Position numbers and translations under genes: made by a program. From NCBI GenBank assembly GCA_964580085.1, contig CAZOJF010000001.1:1607-65606 (forward strand): a stretch of 64,000 nt of DNA. The letters run 5' to 3'. Of this stretch, positions 28,080-37,484 are shown piece by piece; positions within the stretch are counted from its first letter, which is position 1, and each line of letters opens with the position of its first letter. The notes under the pieces are model-generated. The model saw nothing but the letters and a program-made list of their open reading frames with translations. It made no database searches and had not been told where the DNA came from. Source of the stretch: an uncultured Candidatus Saccharibacteria bacterium. GTDB lineage: Bacteria > Patescibacteriota > Minisyncoccia > Minisyncoccales > CG1-02-41-26.

Positions 28080-29363
28080 TTAATTATTAATATTAAAGGA
28101 ATCTGGTTGCTTTAGCTTTTCCATTTTTTGTTTAACTATTTCTCTGTCGCTCCAGGGGATTTTTTTATTATGGGCAATACACATCCAAGGTTCAGACCCT
28201 TTGCCCGTAATAATAACTGTGTCTCCTTCTCCTGCTGTTTTTAATGCTTTGATAATTGCTTCCTTCCTATCTAATACAATATTTAAGACCTTGTATTTTG
28301 TATCTAGTATGCCCGATTTTATCTCTGATAAAATTTGATTTGGGTCCTCATCATATGGATCTTCGTTCGTTAAAATAATCTCCTGGCAATACTTGGCAGC
28401 AATTTCTCCCATCTTAGGTCTTTTCCATTTATCTCTTCCTCCACCACAAGAACCTAAAACACAGATTAATTTTGATCCGTTAGAAAGCGTTTTATAAACT
28501 TGCTCTAAAGAATCAGGCGTATGAGCATAGTCTACAACAACCTTAAAGGGTTTTTCTAACATTATTTCCATTCTCCCTGGAATTTTTTTAACTTTTCCTA
28601 AGGCTTTTTTACAAGTTTCTAAACTAACCCCTTGCGACAAAGCAATGCTAATTGCTGCTAAAGAATTATAAATATTAAATTTACCGGACAAATTAAGATT
28701 AAATTGAACATTATTTATTTCAAACTCTATTTTATTTCCTGAAAGGTTTAAATTATTAGCATTAATAAACTCCCAACTTTCTTTTTCTAAATTAGGATTA
28801 ATCCCGTAACAAAGCTTTTGTTTACTGGGAAATTCTAAAAAATATTTTGAATTTTTATCATCTGTATTTATAATATGAAGTTTTTTACATTCTTGAAAAA
28901 GAACCGCTTTAGCTTTACGATATTTTTCAAAAGAACCATGTCTTTCAATGTGCTCTGGAGCTAAATTCGTAAAAACAACAATATCAAAATCAATAAACTT
29001 TTCACGATGCTGTAAAATACCTTCTGATGTTACTTCTAAAATAGCATATTTGCATCCTGCTCTTACAGCCTTCTTTAAAAACTTCTGAAGCTTGAATCGC
29101 CCAGGCATTGTCATTTTTAATTTATTGAGCTCCTCTTTCTTACCTATCCTAAACTTGATAGAAGAAGCCGAAGCAACTTTGTATCCAGCCTTTTCCAGAA
29201 TAACTCTTGTTAACTCAATTGTTGTTGATTTGCCTTTTGTACCTGTAATGCCAATTACTTTTAATCTTTTAGAAGGGAAACCATAAATTAAAGCCCCTAA
29301 AAAGGCCCAGACAAAATGATACCAATTTAATAAGAATAATGGGATAAAGTCTTTTAATCTCAT
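28080..29363 (-). CDS. murE: MurE-like UDP-N-acetylmuramyl-tripeptide synthetase
   Basis: GITGTKGKST, LEVTS, FTNLAPEH, GRME, DYAHTPDSL, GGGRD, TGKG. Confidence 0.88.
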   Translation of the reverse strand: MRLKDFIPLFLLNWYHFVWAFLGALIYGFPSKRLKVIGITGTKGKSTTIELTRVILEKAGYKVASASSIKFRIGKKEELNKLKMTMPGRFKLQKFLKKAVRAGCKYAILEVTSEGILQHREKFIDFDIVVFTNLAPEHIERHGSFEKYRKAKAVLFQECKKLHIINTDDKNSKYFLEFPSKQKLCYGINPNLEKESWEFINANNLNLSGNKIEFEINNVQFNLNLSGKFNIYNSLAAISIALSQGVSLETCKKALGKVKKIPGRMEIMLEKPFKVVVDYAHTPDSLEQVYKTLSNGSKLICVLGSCGGGRDKWKRPKMGEIAAKYCQEIILTNEDPYDEDPNQILSEIKSGILDTKYKVLNIVLDRKEAIIKALKTAGEGDTVIITGKGSEPWMCIAHNKKIPWSDREIVKQKMEKLKQPDSFNINN

Positions 29364-29401
29364 ATTTTTAGTATATCATAATAATCATCCATAAAAAATT
29401 A

Positions 29402-29430
29402 TTGCCAAAAAATAAACTTTATGATAGTAT
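29402..29430 (+). promoter_or_regulatory. Promoter TTGCCA-N17-TAGTAT, 8 nt before the rpsT ATG (leaderless-type)
   Basis: Also has the extended -10 TG; divergent murE has TGATATACT 6 nt before its ATG. Confidence 0.65.
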
Positions 29431-29438
29431 AGTCCTAT

Positions 29439-29705
29439 ATGCCAATTACTAAATCAGCTCAAAAAAGCGTTCGAAAAGACCAAAAAAGAACTAAGATAAA
29501 TATCCGCAGAAAAGACAAAATAAAAGATCTTCTAAAAAAGGTTAATAATTTAATTGCCCAAGGTAAAAGAAAAGAAGCTGAAAAGCTTTTACCACAAATT
29601 TATAAAACATTAGATAAAACTGCAAAAACTGGGATTGTAAAAAAGAATAATATTAGTAGAAAAAAATCAAGGATAACTAAAGCGATTAATAAAATAAAAA
29701 AGTAA
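29439..29705 (+). CDS. rpsT: 30S ribosomal protein S20
   Basis: MPITKSAQKSVR, LDKTAKTGIVKKNNISRKKSR. Confidence 0.95.
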   Translation: MPITKSAQKSVRKDQKRTKINIRRKDKIKDLLKKVNNLIAQGKRKEAEKLLPQIYKTLDKTAKTGIVKKNNISRKKSRITKAINKIKK

Positions 29706-29708
29706 ATT

Positions 29709-30653
29709 TTAAATATCTATTATCAGCATTTTAAGAATCTCTTCTTTCTGAATATTTTTTGTCTTTATGTCTAAGTCTGCCTCAAAAATCTTTTGGTAGA
29801 TTTTTTTTAATTCGTCTAAGCTAAATCCAGCACTGGCATACCACGCTTTTTTTGCTGGATATGGTTTAAACATATTCAACCCAAAAAAATCATTCAATCC
29901 TTTACCTTGATCTGCTAACGCCTTTGCTATTAAAAGAGCTCTAAACTGATAATTTATCATTCTGAGAATATCTATCGGCATATCACCTTTGTCCAGCCCT
30001 ATTTGAATAAGATTAAGAGCTTTTTTCTTATCCTTTTGAGCTAATGAATTTATTATTTCAAAAATATTTGCTTCCAGGTTTGGCTTAACTATATTTTTAA
30101 TATCTTGGGTATTTATTTCTTTCTCTTTAGCGGATCTTTTAAGACAAACTAGTTTTTTGATCTCGTTTGATATCTGCCATAAATCATTTCCTATAAATTC
30201 CAAAATAAGATTTGCTGCTTCATAGGAGATGCCCATTTTATATTTTTTAAGTTCATTTTTGACCCATCTTTGTAATTCTGTATCTTTTAAAGGTTTAAAT
30301 TCTTCGCATTTGGCATATTTTTTTAAAGCCAGAAAAAGTTTATTTTTTTTAGATATTTTACCTTTCTCAAAAATAACAACGAGATCTTTTGACTTCGTAA
30401 TTTCTTTTATTTTTTTAATTAAATCTTTTTGAAACTTTTCATTAGAAAATAAATTTTCTAAAAGAAATAATTTTCTTTTGACAAACATTGAGCGTTGAGA
30501 TAATTCATCAATAAATTCCTTAAATTCTACATTAGAGACGTCTATTCTTGTCAAATTCAGTTCATTTTTGTGAACCTTTTTATATTCATCCTGAATCTCA
30601 TTTAATTTTTTCTGTAATCTATATGTGTCCTCCCCAAAAAGAAAAATGAACAT
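29709..30653 (-). CDS. holA: DNA polymerase III delta subunit
   Basis: FLFGEDTY, GNDLWQISNEIKKL, ADLDIK; convergent with rpsT. Confidence 0.9.
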   Translation of the reverse strand: MFIFLFGEDTYRLQKKLNEIQDEYKKVHKNELNLTRIDVSNVEFKEFIDELSQRSMFVKRKLFLLENLFSNEKFQKDLIKKIKEITKSKDLVVIFEKGKISKKNKLFLALKKYAKCEEFKPLKDTELQRWVKNELKKYKMGISYEAANLILEFIGNDLWQISNEIKKLVCLKRSAKEKEINTQDIKNIVKPNLEANIFEIINSLAQKDKKKALNLIQIGLDKGDMPIDILRMINYQFRALLIAKALADQGKGLNDFFGLNMFKPYPAKKAWYASAGFSLDELKKIYQKIFEADLDIKTKNIQKEEILKMLIIDI

Positions 30654-30730
30654 AAAATATCTTTAATTAAAAAACCCTTCTTCAAATCAAAAAATATATA
30701 AATATAATTAAGAAAACAAAAGAAGAGCCT

Positions 30731-31099
30731 TTATTTTTTTAGATTAACTTTAATCTTATCTATAATTTCATTGGGCGTAAAATGCGCTTTAATCAAATAA
30801 TCTATTGCCCCCAATTTCATTCCTCTTTCAACATCTTCTCTCTGCCCAAGATTAGAAAGAATAATTACCGGAACCGAAGTTGTAGCCGGATCTTCTTTTA
30901 CTTTTGCTAAAACTTCAAAACCATCAATCCCTGGTAAAATTAAATCAAGCAAAACCATATCTGGGATTACTTCTTTAATTTTTTTGATTCCCTCTTCTCC
31001 ATCAACTGCTTCTGTAACTTGGAAATTTTCTTGAGAAAGTTTTCTGACTATTAATTCTCTTAAAAATTTGTCATCTTCTACAATTAAAATTTTTGCCAT
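30731..31099 (-). CDS. Stand-alone receiver domain protein
   Basis: ILIVEDD, LLDLILPGIDGFEVL, ILSN, YLIK. Confidence 0.93.
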   Translation of the reverse strand: MAKILIVEDDKFLRELIVRKLSQENFQVTEAVDGEEGIKKIKEVIPDMVLLDLILPGIDGFEVLAKVKEDPATTSVPVIILSNLGQREDVERGMKLGAIDYLIKAHFTPNEIIDKIKVNLKK

Positions 31100-31113
31100 A
31101 ATTTTGATTATTT

Positions 31114-31482
31114 TTAACCAATTTGTTTTTTAACCTTTTTAATTACTTCTAGGGGTTCAAATTCTGTTTTAATTAGCCAATCTCTGGCGCCTAAATTTTT
31201 AGCTTTATCTATTTCTACTGGCTGCCCTGAATTAGAAATAATAATAATAGGAATATTCTTTAAATTGTTATCTTTCTGCATTTCTTCCATTACTTCGAAC
31301 CCATCTTTATTGGGCATTACAATATCAAGTAAAATAAGATCTGGAATTTCTTTTCTCATTGAATCTAGCCCTTTTTGTCCGTCCTCACATATAGTGACAT
31401 CGTATCCTTTGGCAATCAATTTTTTCCTTAATAGACTATATAACAATTCTTCGTCTTCTACTATTAAAATTTTTTTAGGCAT
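31114..31482 (-). CDS. Stand-alone receiver domain protein (likely start MPKKIL)
   Basis: ILIVEDE, LLDIVMPNKDGFEV, ISNSG, WLIK. Confidence 0.92.
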   Translation of the reverse strand: MPKKILIVEDEELLYSLLRKKLIAKGYDVTICEDGQKGLDSMRKEIPDLILLDIVMPNKDGFEVMEEMQKDNNLKNIPIIIISNSGQPVEIDKAKNLGARDWLIKTEFEPLEVIKKVKKQIG

Positions 31483-31547
31483 AATTTTATGTGTTCTTAC
31501 TTTTATAATAACATATTGGATTTTTTCTATCAATAATTGATATTATT

Positions 31548-33161
31548 CTATTTAATAGGTATTGTAAAATAGAATGTTGTTCCTTTGCTCTCTATCGATT
31601 CAAACCAAATTTTACCATGATGAGCTTCAATTATATTTTTAGTGATAAAAAGACCTAACCCTGTCCCAACAGTTTCTGTCTTAACTGCATTGGCCGCCCT
31701 AAAAAACCTTTTAAATACTCTTTTTTTTTGATCTTCTGGAATTCCGACCCCAGTATCTTTGACCGAAATAAATATTTCTTTTTTATTTTTTAAATACTTA
31801 ATAGAAAACTTAATTGTTCCCCCCGGTTTTGTATAATGGATAGCATTATCAAGTAAATTTTGAAAAGCAATGGAAATTTTTTCGGGGTCAACTTCTATAT
31901 TAGGGATTTTATTTTTTGGTTTTTGGAAACTTAACTTTAATTTTTTTCTTTTGACTAAAGCTGAACAAGAATTAACCACTTCTTGGGCTATTTTTATTAT
32001 ATTTTGTTTTTTAGTATTATATATAAACCGGCCTTCCTCAATCCTAGTGACGTTTAATAGGTCATTAATCAAACGAATCATTCTTTGGTTGCTTTTATAT
32101 GTTTTTAAGAGAAATTCTCTTTGATCTTTAGAAATTTCACCCAAATCTCCATCAAGAATCATTCTCAATGTCCACTTTACAGCTGATAAAGGAGTCCTTA
32201 GTTGATGGGCCGAGATGGAGACAAATTCAGTTTTCAAACGTTCTACAATTTTCTCTCTGGTTATATCTCTTAAAATCACTAATATTCCTATTTTTCTATT
32301 TTCCCTTATTACTAAAATAGATGATATTTCTAAAATTAAATCGTTCTTCAATTCTAGTTCTTTTTTATCTATTTGTTTTATATCTACACCTATAATATCT
32401 ACCAGAGGTTTTAAATTAGAGATTTTCTTTAAAGATTGAATTGATTGTCCAATATCTTCTTTAATATCCATGCCTAAAAAATCCCCAACTATATTATTAG
32501 CATATAAAAGATTATTGTCGCTATCAAAAAACAAAATTCCTTCTGGAAAATTTTCAAAAATTGCTAAAGTTTTATCTCTTTCATCCTCCGCCTCTGTTTT
32601 CGCCTCTTCCACATCTTCTAAAATATTCATTAAAGCATTCCTCGATCTCTCAACCTCTTTGTTGGAAGATTTTAAATCTTTAGTTCTCTCTCCCACTTTT
32701 TTTTCTAGTTCTTGTTTAAGTTTTTCAAACTCTGAAATATCAGAAATGGCAATAAAATATCCTAAAAAGCTTTTGTTTTCGTCTACTCTGGTTGAGATTG
32801 CTACACTAACCGGTATTCCCTTCTTGTCTTTTGTCAAAAGCACTGTTTCTTTTTTAAGAATTATTCCTTGTTTAAGTGCCTTTGATTTAATTAAATTATC
32901 AAAATCTTTTTTATTTAAAAATAAATTTTCTATTTTCTCGCCAATTACTTCTACTTCTTTAAACCCAGTTAAACTATGAAAAGCCGAATTAGTCACTAAC
33001 ACTATCCCTAAAGGATTGATTGTGCAGACAGCTAGAGGGAGAAAAGAAGAAAGTTCTTTCATATATCTCTCAACTTCTTCTAGGTCTTTAACGGCCATTT
33101 TAAGTAAATTCTCTGTATTTTTTTTATCTTCCATAATTATGAATTTTGTTTCTATCTTCAA
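31548..33161 (-). CDS. Cytoplasmic PAS-PAS sensor histidine kinase
   Basis: Two PAS-like domains; H-box SAHQLRTPL; NLLDNAIHY, DTGVGI, GTGLGL; no TM helix. Confidence 0.94.
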   Translation of the reverse strand: MKIETKFIIMEDKKNTENLLKMAVKDLEEVERYMKELSSFLPLAVCTINPLGIVLVTNSAFHSLTGFKEVEVIGEKIENLFLNKKDFDNLIKSKALKQGIILKKETVLLTKDKKGIPVSVAISTRVDENKSFLGYFIAISDISEFEKLKQELEKKVGERTKDLKSSNKEVERSRNALMNILEDVEEAKTEAEDERDKTLAIFENFPEGILFFDSDNNLLYANNIVGDFLGMDIKEDIGQSIQSLKKISNLKPLVDIIGVDIKQIDKKELELKNDLILEISSILVIRENRKIGILVILRDITREKIVERLKTEFVSISAHQLRTPLSAVKWTLRMILDGDLGEISKDQREFLLKTYKSNQRMIRLINDLLNVTRIEEGRFIYNTKKQNIIKIAQEVVNSCSALVKRKKLKLSFQKPKNKIPNIEVDPEKISIAFQNLLDNAIHYTKPGGTIKFSIKYLKNKKEIFISVKDTGVGIPEDQKKRVFKRFFRAANAVKTETVGTGLGLFITKNIIEAHHGKIWFESIESKGTTFYFTIPIK

Positions 33162-33172
33162 AATAATCTAAA

Positions 33173-33760
33173 TTACCAAGTTATTTTAAATTGATGAACA
33201 TTTTTCTCCCCAGTTTCAATATTCTCTACTTTCAAATTCTCGGAAGAAACCATTAAACACATTATTTGATAAAAATATCCTTCTAAATAATGAAGATGAA
33301 CATTATAAATAACAAAATCTTTTATCGTTGCCGTGCCAATTCTATTTTTATAATCTAATTTATATTCTATCTCTCCTTTTGTATAATATCTTCTCCAATA
33401 TTTAGATGCCATCTTAGATATCGTTTCTTTATTCACTAGTCTGGCTATTAATTTAATAATAAAATTTGTTTTAGCTCCCCATCGACCCCATTCTCGTATT
33501 GTTTCTCTGTCCCAATTAAAAATTTTTTGGGTTAGAAAAAGAGATAAAAAATCTTGCTGAACAGGATACCATTTATATTTATCTATTTTTTCATATTCCA
33601 ATGGATACCCCAATCTCTCCATTTCTTCTTCTACTTTTTTAAGTCCCTTCGTCCCTTCTTTTTCTATAATAAATTCACGATCTGTTTTTAAAGAAGATCC
33701 AATTATTTCTCCTTCCATTTTTCTAACTTTTCCAAGAGTTTCTTGAGAAATTGTTAACAT
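33173..33760 (-). CDS. Hypothetical protein, possibly V4R/HNOB-like ligand-binding fold
   Basis: WYPV...WG...YWRRYYTKG...YLEGYF...HQFKITW pattern; located in the signalling operon. Confidence 0.5.
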   Translation of the reverse strand: MLTISQETLGKVRKMEGEIIGSSLKTDREFIIEKEGTKGLKKVEEEMERLGYPLEYEKIDKYKWYPVQQDFLSLFLTQKIFNWDRETIREWGRWGAKTNFIIKLIARLVNKETISKMASKYWRRYYTKGEIEYKLDYKNRIGTATIKDFVIYNVHLHYLEGYFYQIMCLMVSSENLKVENIETGEKNVHQFKITW

Positions 33761-33785
33761 GATTTATAAGTATTATTTTAATCCC

Positions 33786-34337
33786 CTATTTTTTTCTGTC
33801 TCTGCCTTTCGTTTTTTGTAATTCTTTTTTAAGTTCTATCATTTTAAGTTCTCTGTTCACAGTTAATCTATGAAATTTCTCCATCTGGTCTAATCTTTTT
33901 TTTAATTCTTCCGTTCTTTTCTTAACTTTTATTTCCAATGTTTTATTTATTTCTTCTAACTCCCTCGTTCTTGCTTTCACTTTTATCTGTAAAACTGTTT
34001 TTAATTCTTCTGTCTTGCTCTGGGATTCCTTCAATTCTTCGGCCATCTCATTAAAAGCTTTCCCTAGCTCTTCAATTTCATCACCTGTATGAATATCTAC
34101 TCTATATTCCAAATCACCTTTTGTAACTTTTTTTATCCCCCTATACAATCTATTTATAGGAATGGTTATTAATTTGGAAAATAAAAAGGCAAAGGCAAAA
34201 ATAAAAAATAAAGCAATAAAAAGAATAAATATTAAATTAACCCTCAAAGAAGGAGAAAAAAAACTAACACCTATTAAGGGGATTAATATTGATATTGAAA
34301 AAATAATTAAGAGTTTTTTTAGAAGAGAATATTTCAT
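33786..34337 (-). CDS. 2-TM HAMP-domain protein with coiled-coil tail and no kinase domain
   Basis: PINRL...GDLEYRV...DEIEELGKAFNEMA; ends NRELKMIELKKEL. Confidence 0.85.
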   Translation of the reverse strand: MKYSLLKKLLIIFSISILIPLIGVSFFSPSLRVNLIFILFIALFFIFAFAFLFSKLITIPINRLYRGIKKVTKGDLEYRVDIHTGDEIEELGKAFNEMAEELKESQSKTEELKTVLQIKVKARTRELEEINKTLEIKVKKRTEELKKRLDQMEKFHRLTVNRELKMIELKKELQKTKGRDRKK

Positions 34338-34387
34338 TTTTCTGACTTCAAATATTTATATATTTTATCACATCTCAAGACAAAATA

Positions 34388-34413
34388 AAAAGACCTCTAT
34401 AGAAAGGTCTTTT
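34388..34413. terminator. Intrinsic terminator after the PocR gene
   Basis: AAAAGACCT-ctatagaa-AGGTCTTTT. Confidence 0.65.
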
Positions 34414-34424
34414 TAAAACATACT

Positions 34425-34976
34425 TTATTCAATATCGAATACTTCTTTTAAAGCAGTTTCTTCTGCTAAAACGCCCACTAATTTTGCTAACATTTCTGCT
34501 CTTTCTTTCATTTCTCCTTCGGTTACTGGCAATATTTCTTCTATTGCTGCTTTTAAAAAGTCTTCTTTGTCTTCTATCCCTAATTCATCGGCCAATTTTG
34601 AAAACTTGTCTTTTAATTCTTCTGGAGACTCTCCTCTATCATATCTTCCTCCACAACCTGTAATTGAACCAACGATTTCTCCTTTTACTTTAATTGGCAC
34701 CCACAAGGAAGCATATCCCGCGTGGCAATCCATAAAAGCAGATTCTTTCATGGATTTGACTAAAGAAAGGGCTGTTTTATATGCTTGGCTACATCTTTCC
34801 TTGCCTTTCTCGGTCCCCATTATTAATTTACAAACTCTCTGCGATCCACTCATCTTAGTAACTAATTCTCCATTTCTATCAGTAGTAACAATTTGGCCAC
34901 CAACGCTTCCGGCAAACTCATCTTGGATTACTTGAAGATTTCTGGCAAACCATTGAGCTTCTTTTGAAAATTCCAT
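34425..34976 (-). CDS. Stand-alone PocR ligand-binding domain protein
   Basis: LQVIQDEF, CKLI, RC, CHAG...VPIKVKGEIVGSI. Confidence 0.85.
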   Translation of the reverse strand: MEFSKEAQWFARNLQVIQDEFAGSVGGQIVTTDRNGELVTKMSGSQRVCKLIMGTEKGKERCSQAYKTALSLVKSMKESAFMDCHAGYASLWVPIKVKGEIVGSITGCGGRYDRGESPEELKDKFSKLADELGIEDKEDFLKAAIEEILPVTEGEMKERAEMLAKLVGVLAEETALKEVFDIE

Positions 34977-34982
34977 AATTTT

Positions 34983-35894
34983 TTAAAATAATTTTGTCTG
35001 ACAACCGACCTTTTTTTTGTTTTTTCTTGGTAATTTCTCAATTAACTTCATAAGCCCTAAATCTTCTAAGAAATTTGTAATTTTTGATTTGTCATAATCA
35101 AATTCCCCCCAAGTGCATTTTTTTAAATCAAAATTGATTAAGACATCTTTTTTTATTTCAATTAATTCCTTGCTGAAAAATGCCTTATCTTTATCTTTGT
35201 CTAATTTATTTTTAATTTTAATATCCACTTTATCAGTATCTGAATAAAGCTTTTCTATACTCTCAAATTCTTGGATTAATTTAAGTGCTGTTTTTTCTCC
35301 TACGCCAGAAACTCCTGGAATGTTATCAGAAGCATCTCCTTTAAGTGCTTTGAAATCTATTAATTGTTTAGGTAATAATCCTTTATATTTTTCTTTTATG
35401 GCTTCTTCGTCATATATTTTTCTATCTCCATTTTTTAAAAAATAAACTTTAGTTTGATAATTTATTAATTGAAAAACATCTGTATCCCCTGATAAAATAA
35501 TATTTTCTATCTCTCCTTTTTGGGATACTAACTCTGAAATTGTTCCTATAAGATCATCTGCTTCAAATCCTTTTTTCTCATAGATTGGGACTCCAAATAT
35601 TTCTAAAAGTTGTTTTATTTTTGGAATTTGTTGATATAACTCCTCTGGAGCCTTAGCTCTTTTAGCTTTATATTCTTTATACTTTTGATGTCTAAAGGTA
35701 GGATATGGTAAATCAAATGTAGCCACAATAAAATCTGGGTTGATTTCTTTCAATACTCTAAACAAAATCAGATAAAATCCGTAAACAGCATTTATTATTT
35801 CTCCCTTCTTATTTTCCAACTTTGGTAATCCATAATAAGAACGATAGACAAGAGCATTGCTATCAATTATAAGAATTTGTTTTTTCCCGTTCAT
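34983..35894 (-). CDS. Stand-alone 5'-3' exonuclease (PolA N-terminal/FEN-like)
   Basis: IIDSNALVYRSYY, YKAKR, GFEADDLIG, SGDTD, LKGDASDNIPGVSGVGEKTA; no polymerase domain. Confidence 0.92.
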   Translation of the reverse strand: MNGKKQILIIDSNALVYRSYYGLPKLENKKGEIINAVYGFYLILFRVLKEINPDFIVATFDLPYPTFRHQKYKEYKAKRAKAPEELYQQIPKIKQLLEIFGVPIYEKKGFEADDLIGTISELVSQKGEIENIILSGDTDVFQLINYQTKVYFLKNGDRKIYDEEAIKEKYKGLLPKQLIDFKALKGDASDNIPGVSGVGEKTALKLIQEFESIEKLYSDTDKVDIKIKNKLDKDKDKAFFSKELIEIKKDVLINFDLKKCTWGEFDYDKSKITNFLEDLGLMKLIEKLPRKNKKKVGCQTKLF

Positions 35895-36268
35895 TTTGTC
35901 TGATGTTTAAAGTATTCTTTAATCTTTGCTAAAAGTTGTTTTGGTGTAAATTCCGTTTTAATTAAATAATCCTTGACTCCTAACTCCTTTGCTTTTTCTT
36001 TTGTAACAGAATCATCATAATTTGAAAAAATAATCACTGGGACTTTAGAAACTTTCTTTATTTGCTTTACTTCTCTTAAAAAAGTTATGCCACTTTTTCT
36101 GGGCAATAAAATGTCCAATAAAATTAAATCTGGGATGTTCTTCTTTAATATATCTATAGCTTGTTCCGACGAAATAGCAGAAATAACTTGAAAGTTTTCT
36201 ATCTCAAACTTAGTTTTATACATTTCAATTAAAAATGTTTCGTCTTCCACTATTAAAATTTTTCTCAT
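35891..36268 (-). CDS. Stand-alone receiver domain protein
   Basis: ILIVEDE, LLDILLP, FSN, YLIK. Confidence 0.92.
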   Translation of the reverse strand: MRKILIVEDETFLIEMYKTKFEIENFQVISAISSEQAIDILKKNIPDLILLDILLPRKSGITFLREVKQIKKVSKVPVIIFSNYDDSVTKEKAKELGVKDYLIKTEFTPKQLLAKIKEYFKHQTK

Positions 36269-36394
36269 AATTTTCTTAAGTTTATAAGATATTATTTATA
36301 ATAACTCGAGTTTAATTTTAAAACAAGGACTTATTATTTTGTCATGATCTATTGTTCTATATACTAATATTTCTCTTTGTGATAAAATATTACA

Positions 36395-36793
36395 ATGCAA
36401 TTCAAAATACCACAATTTTTAGAAAGACAACCTCTTATAATCGGCCCATTAGCTTTTAAACAGTCTCTTTATTTTGGAATCGCTATATTAATTTCATTTT
36501 ATTTATATTCTGTAGCCCCCTTTTTTATATTTTTAATATTTTCTATTCCCTTGATTAGTTTTGCCTTTTGTTTAGCTTTTATAAAGATCGAGGGAATACC
36601 TTTGCCTGAAGTAATAATTCAATCTTTTGGCTTTATTTCTTCTCCTAAAATATATCTTTGGGAAAAGAAGGAAAACCTTAGGCCAATTAAATTTAGAGCT
36701 CAAAAACAGGAAGAGAAAAAAGAAGAATCATTAAAAGTAGCTCCTGAAAGTATCCTGGAAAAGCTCCACTCTAAAATAGAAGGAGGATATTAA
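36395..36793 (+). CDS. PrgI-family (VirB3-like) membrane protein
   Basis: MQFKIPQFLE..IIGPL..Q; 2 TM; P..YLW; upstream of VirB4. Confidence 0.8.
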   Translation: MQFKIPQFLERQPLIIGPLAFKQSLYFGIAILISFYLYSVAPFFIFLIFSIPLISFAFCLAFIKIEGIPLPEVIIQSFGFISSPKIYLWEKKENLRPIKFRAQKQEEKKEESLKVAPESILEKLHSKIEGGY

Positions 36794-36810
36794 TTTTTAA
36801 ATAAAAAATC

Positions 36811-37467
36811 ATGGCTAATTTATCGTCTCAACAATTTCTAGAATTTGATCAAGTCAAAAATGGAGTTATTGTTCTCAAAAATAAAACTCTCCGAGCTGTT
36901 TTAATGGTTTCCTCTTTAAATTTCTCATTGAAATCTGAAGAAGAACAATCAGCAATTATTTATCAATTCCAATCTTTTTTAAACTCTTTAGACTTCCAAT
37001 GCCAGATTATTGTCCAGTCTCGCAAAACAAATATTACCGGTTATTTTGATAAACTAAAAAAGTTGGAGACCAAGCAAGAAAATGAACTTTTGAAAATTCA
37101 AACAAGTGAATATAGAAAATTCATTGAAGGGTTAGTTGAAAATGAAACCATAATGAGAAAAACTTTTTTTGTCGTAATCCCTTACTCTCTGGGAGAGACA
37201 GAAAAAGAAAATACAAATAATAAAGGATTTTTCAATAAAGTGTTTCAAAAAACAAATTTATCCGAGATTAATGAAGAAAACTTTAAACGTTGTCGGAATC
37301 AGCTTTGGCAGAGAATGGAATTTGTGGCAATTGGGTTAAGAAGATGTGATTTATCAACAACACCTTTGACAACGCCTGAATTAATAGAACTTTTGTGGAG
37401 CTGGAACCATCCTAAAGAAGCTGAGGTGGGATATTATCCAGAGATATTACCCGAATTGATCAAATAA
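36811..37467 (+). CDS. TraC/VirB4 N-terminal-like T4SS-associated protein
   Basis: SSLNFSLKSEEEQ..I...FQSFLNSLDF..QI; FFVVIPY. Confidence 0.7.
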   Translation: MANLSSQQFLEFDQVKNGVIVLKNKTLRAVLMVSSLNFSLKSEEEQSAIIYQFQSFLNSLDFQCQIIVQSRKTNITGYFDKLKKLETKQENELLKIQTSEYRKFIEGLVENETIMRKTFFVVIPYSLGETEKENTNNKGFFNKVFQKTNLSEINEENFKRCRNQLWQRMEFVAIGLRRCDLSTTPLTTPELIELLWSWNHPKEAEVGYYPEILPELIK

Positions 37468-37484
37468 TAAAGTTATAAAACAAT

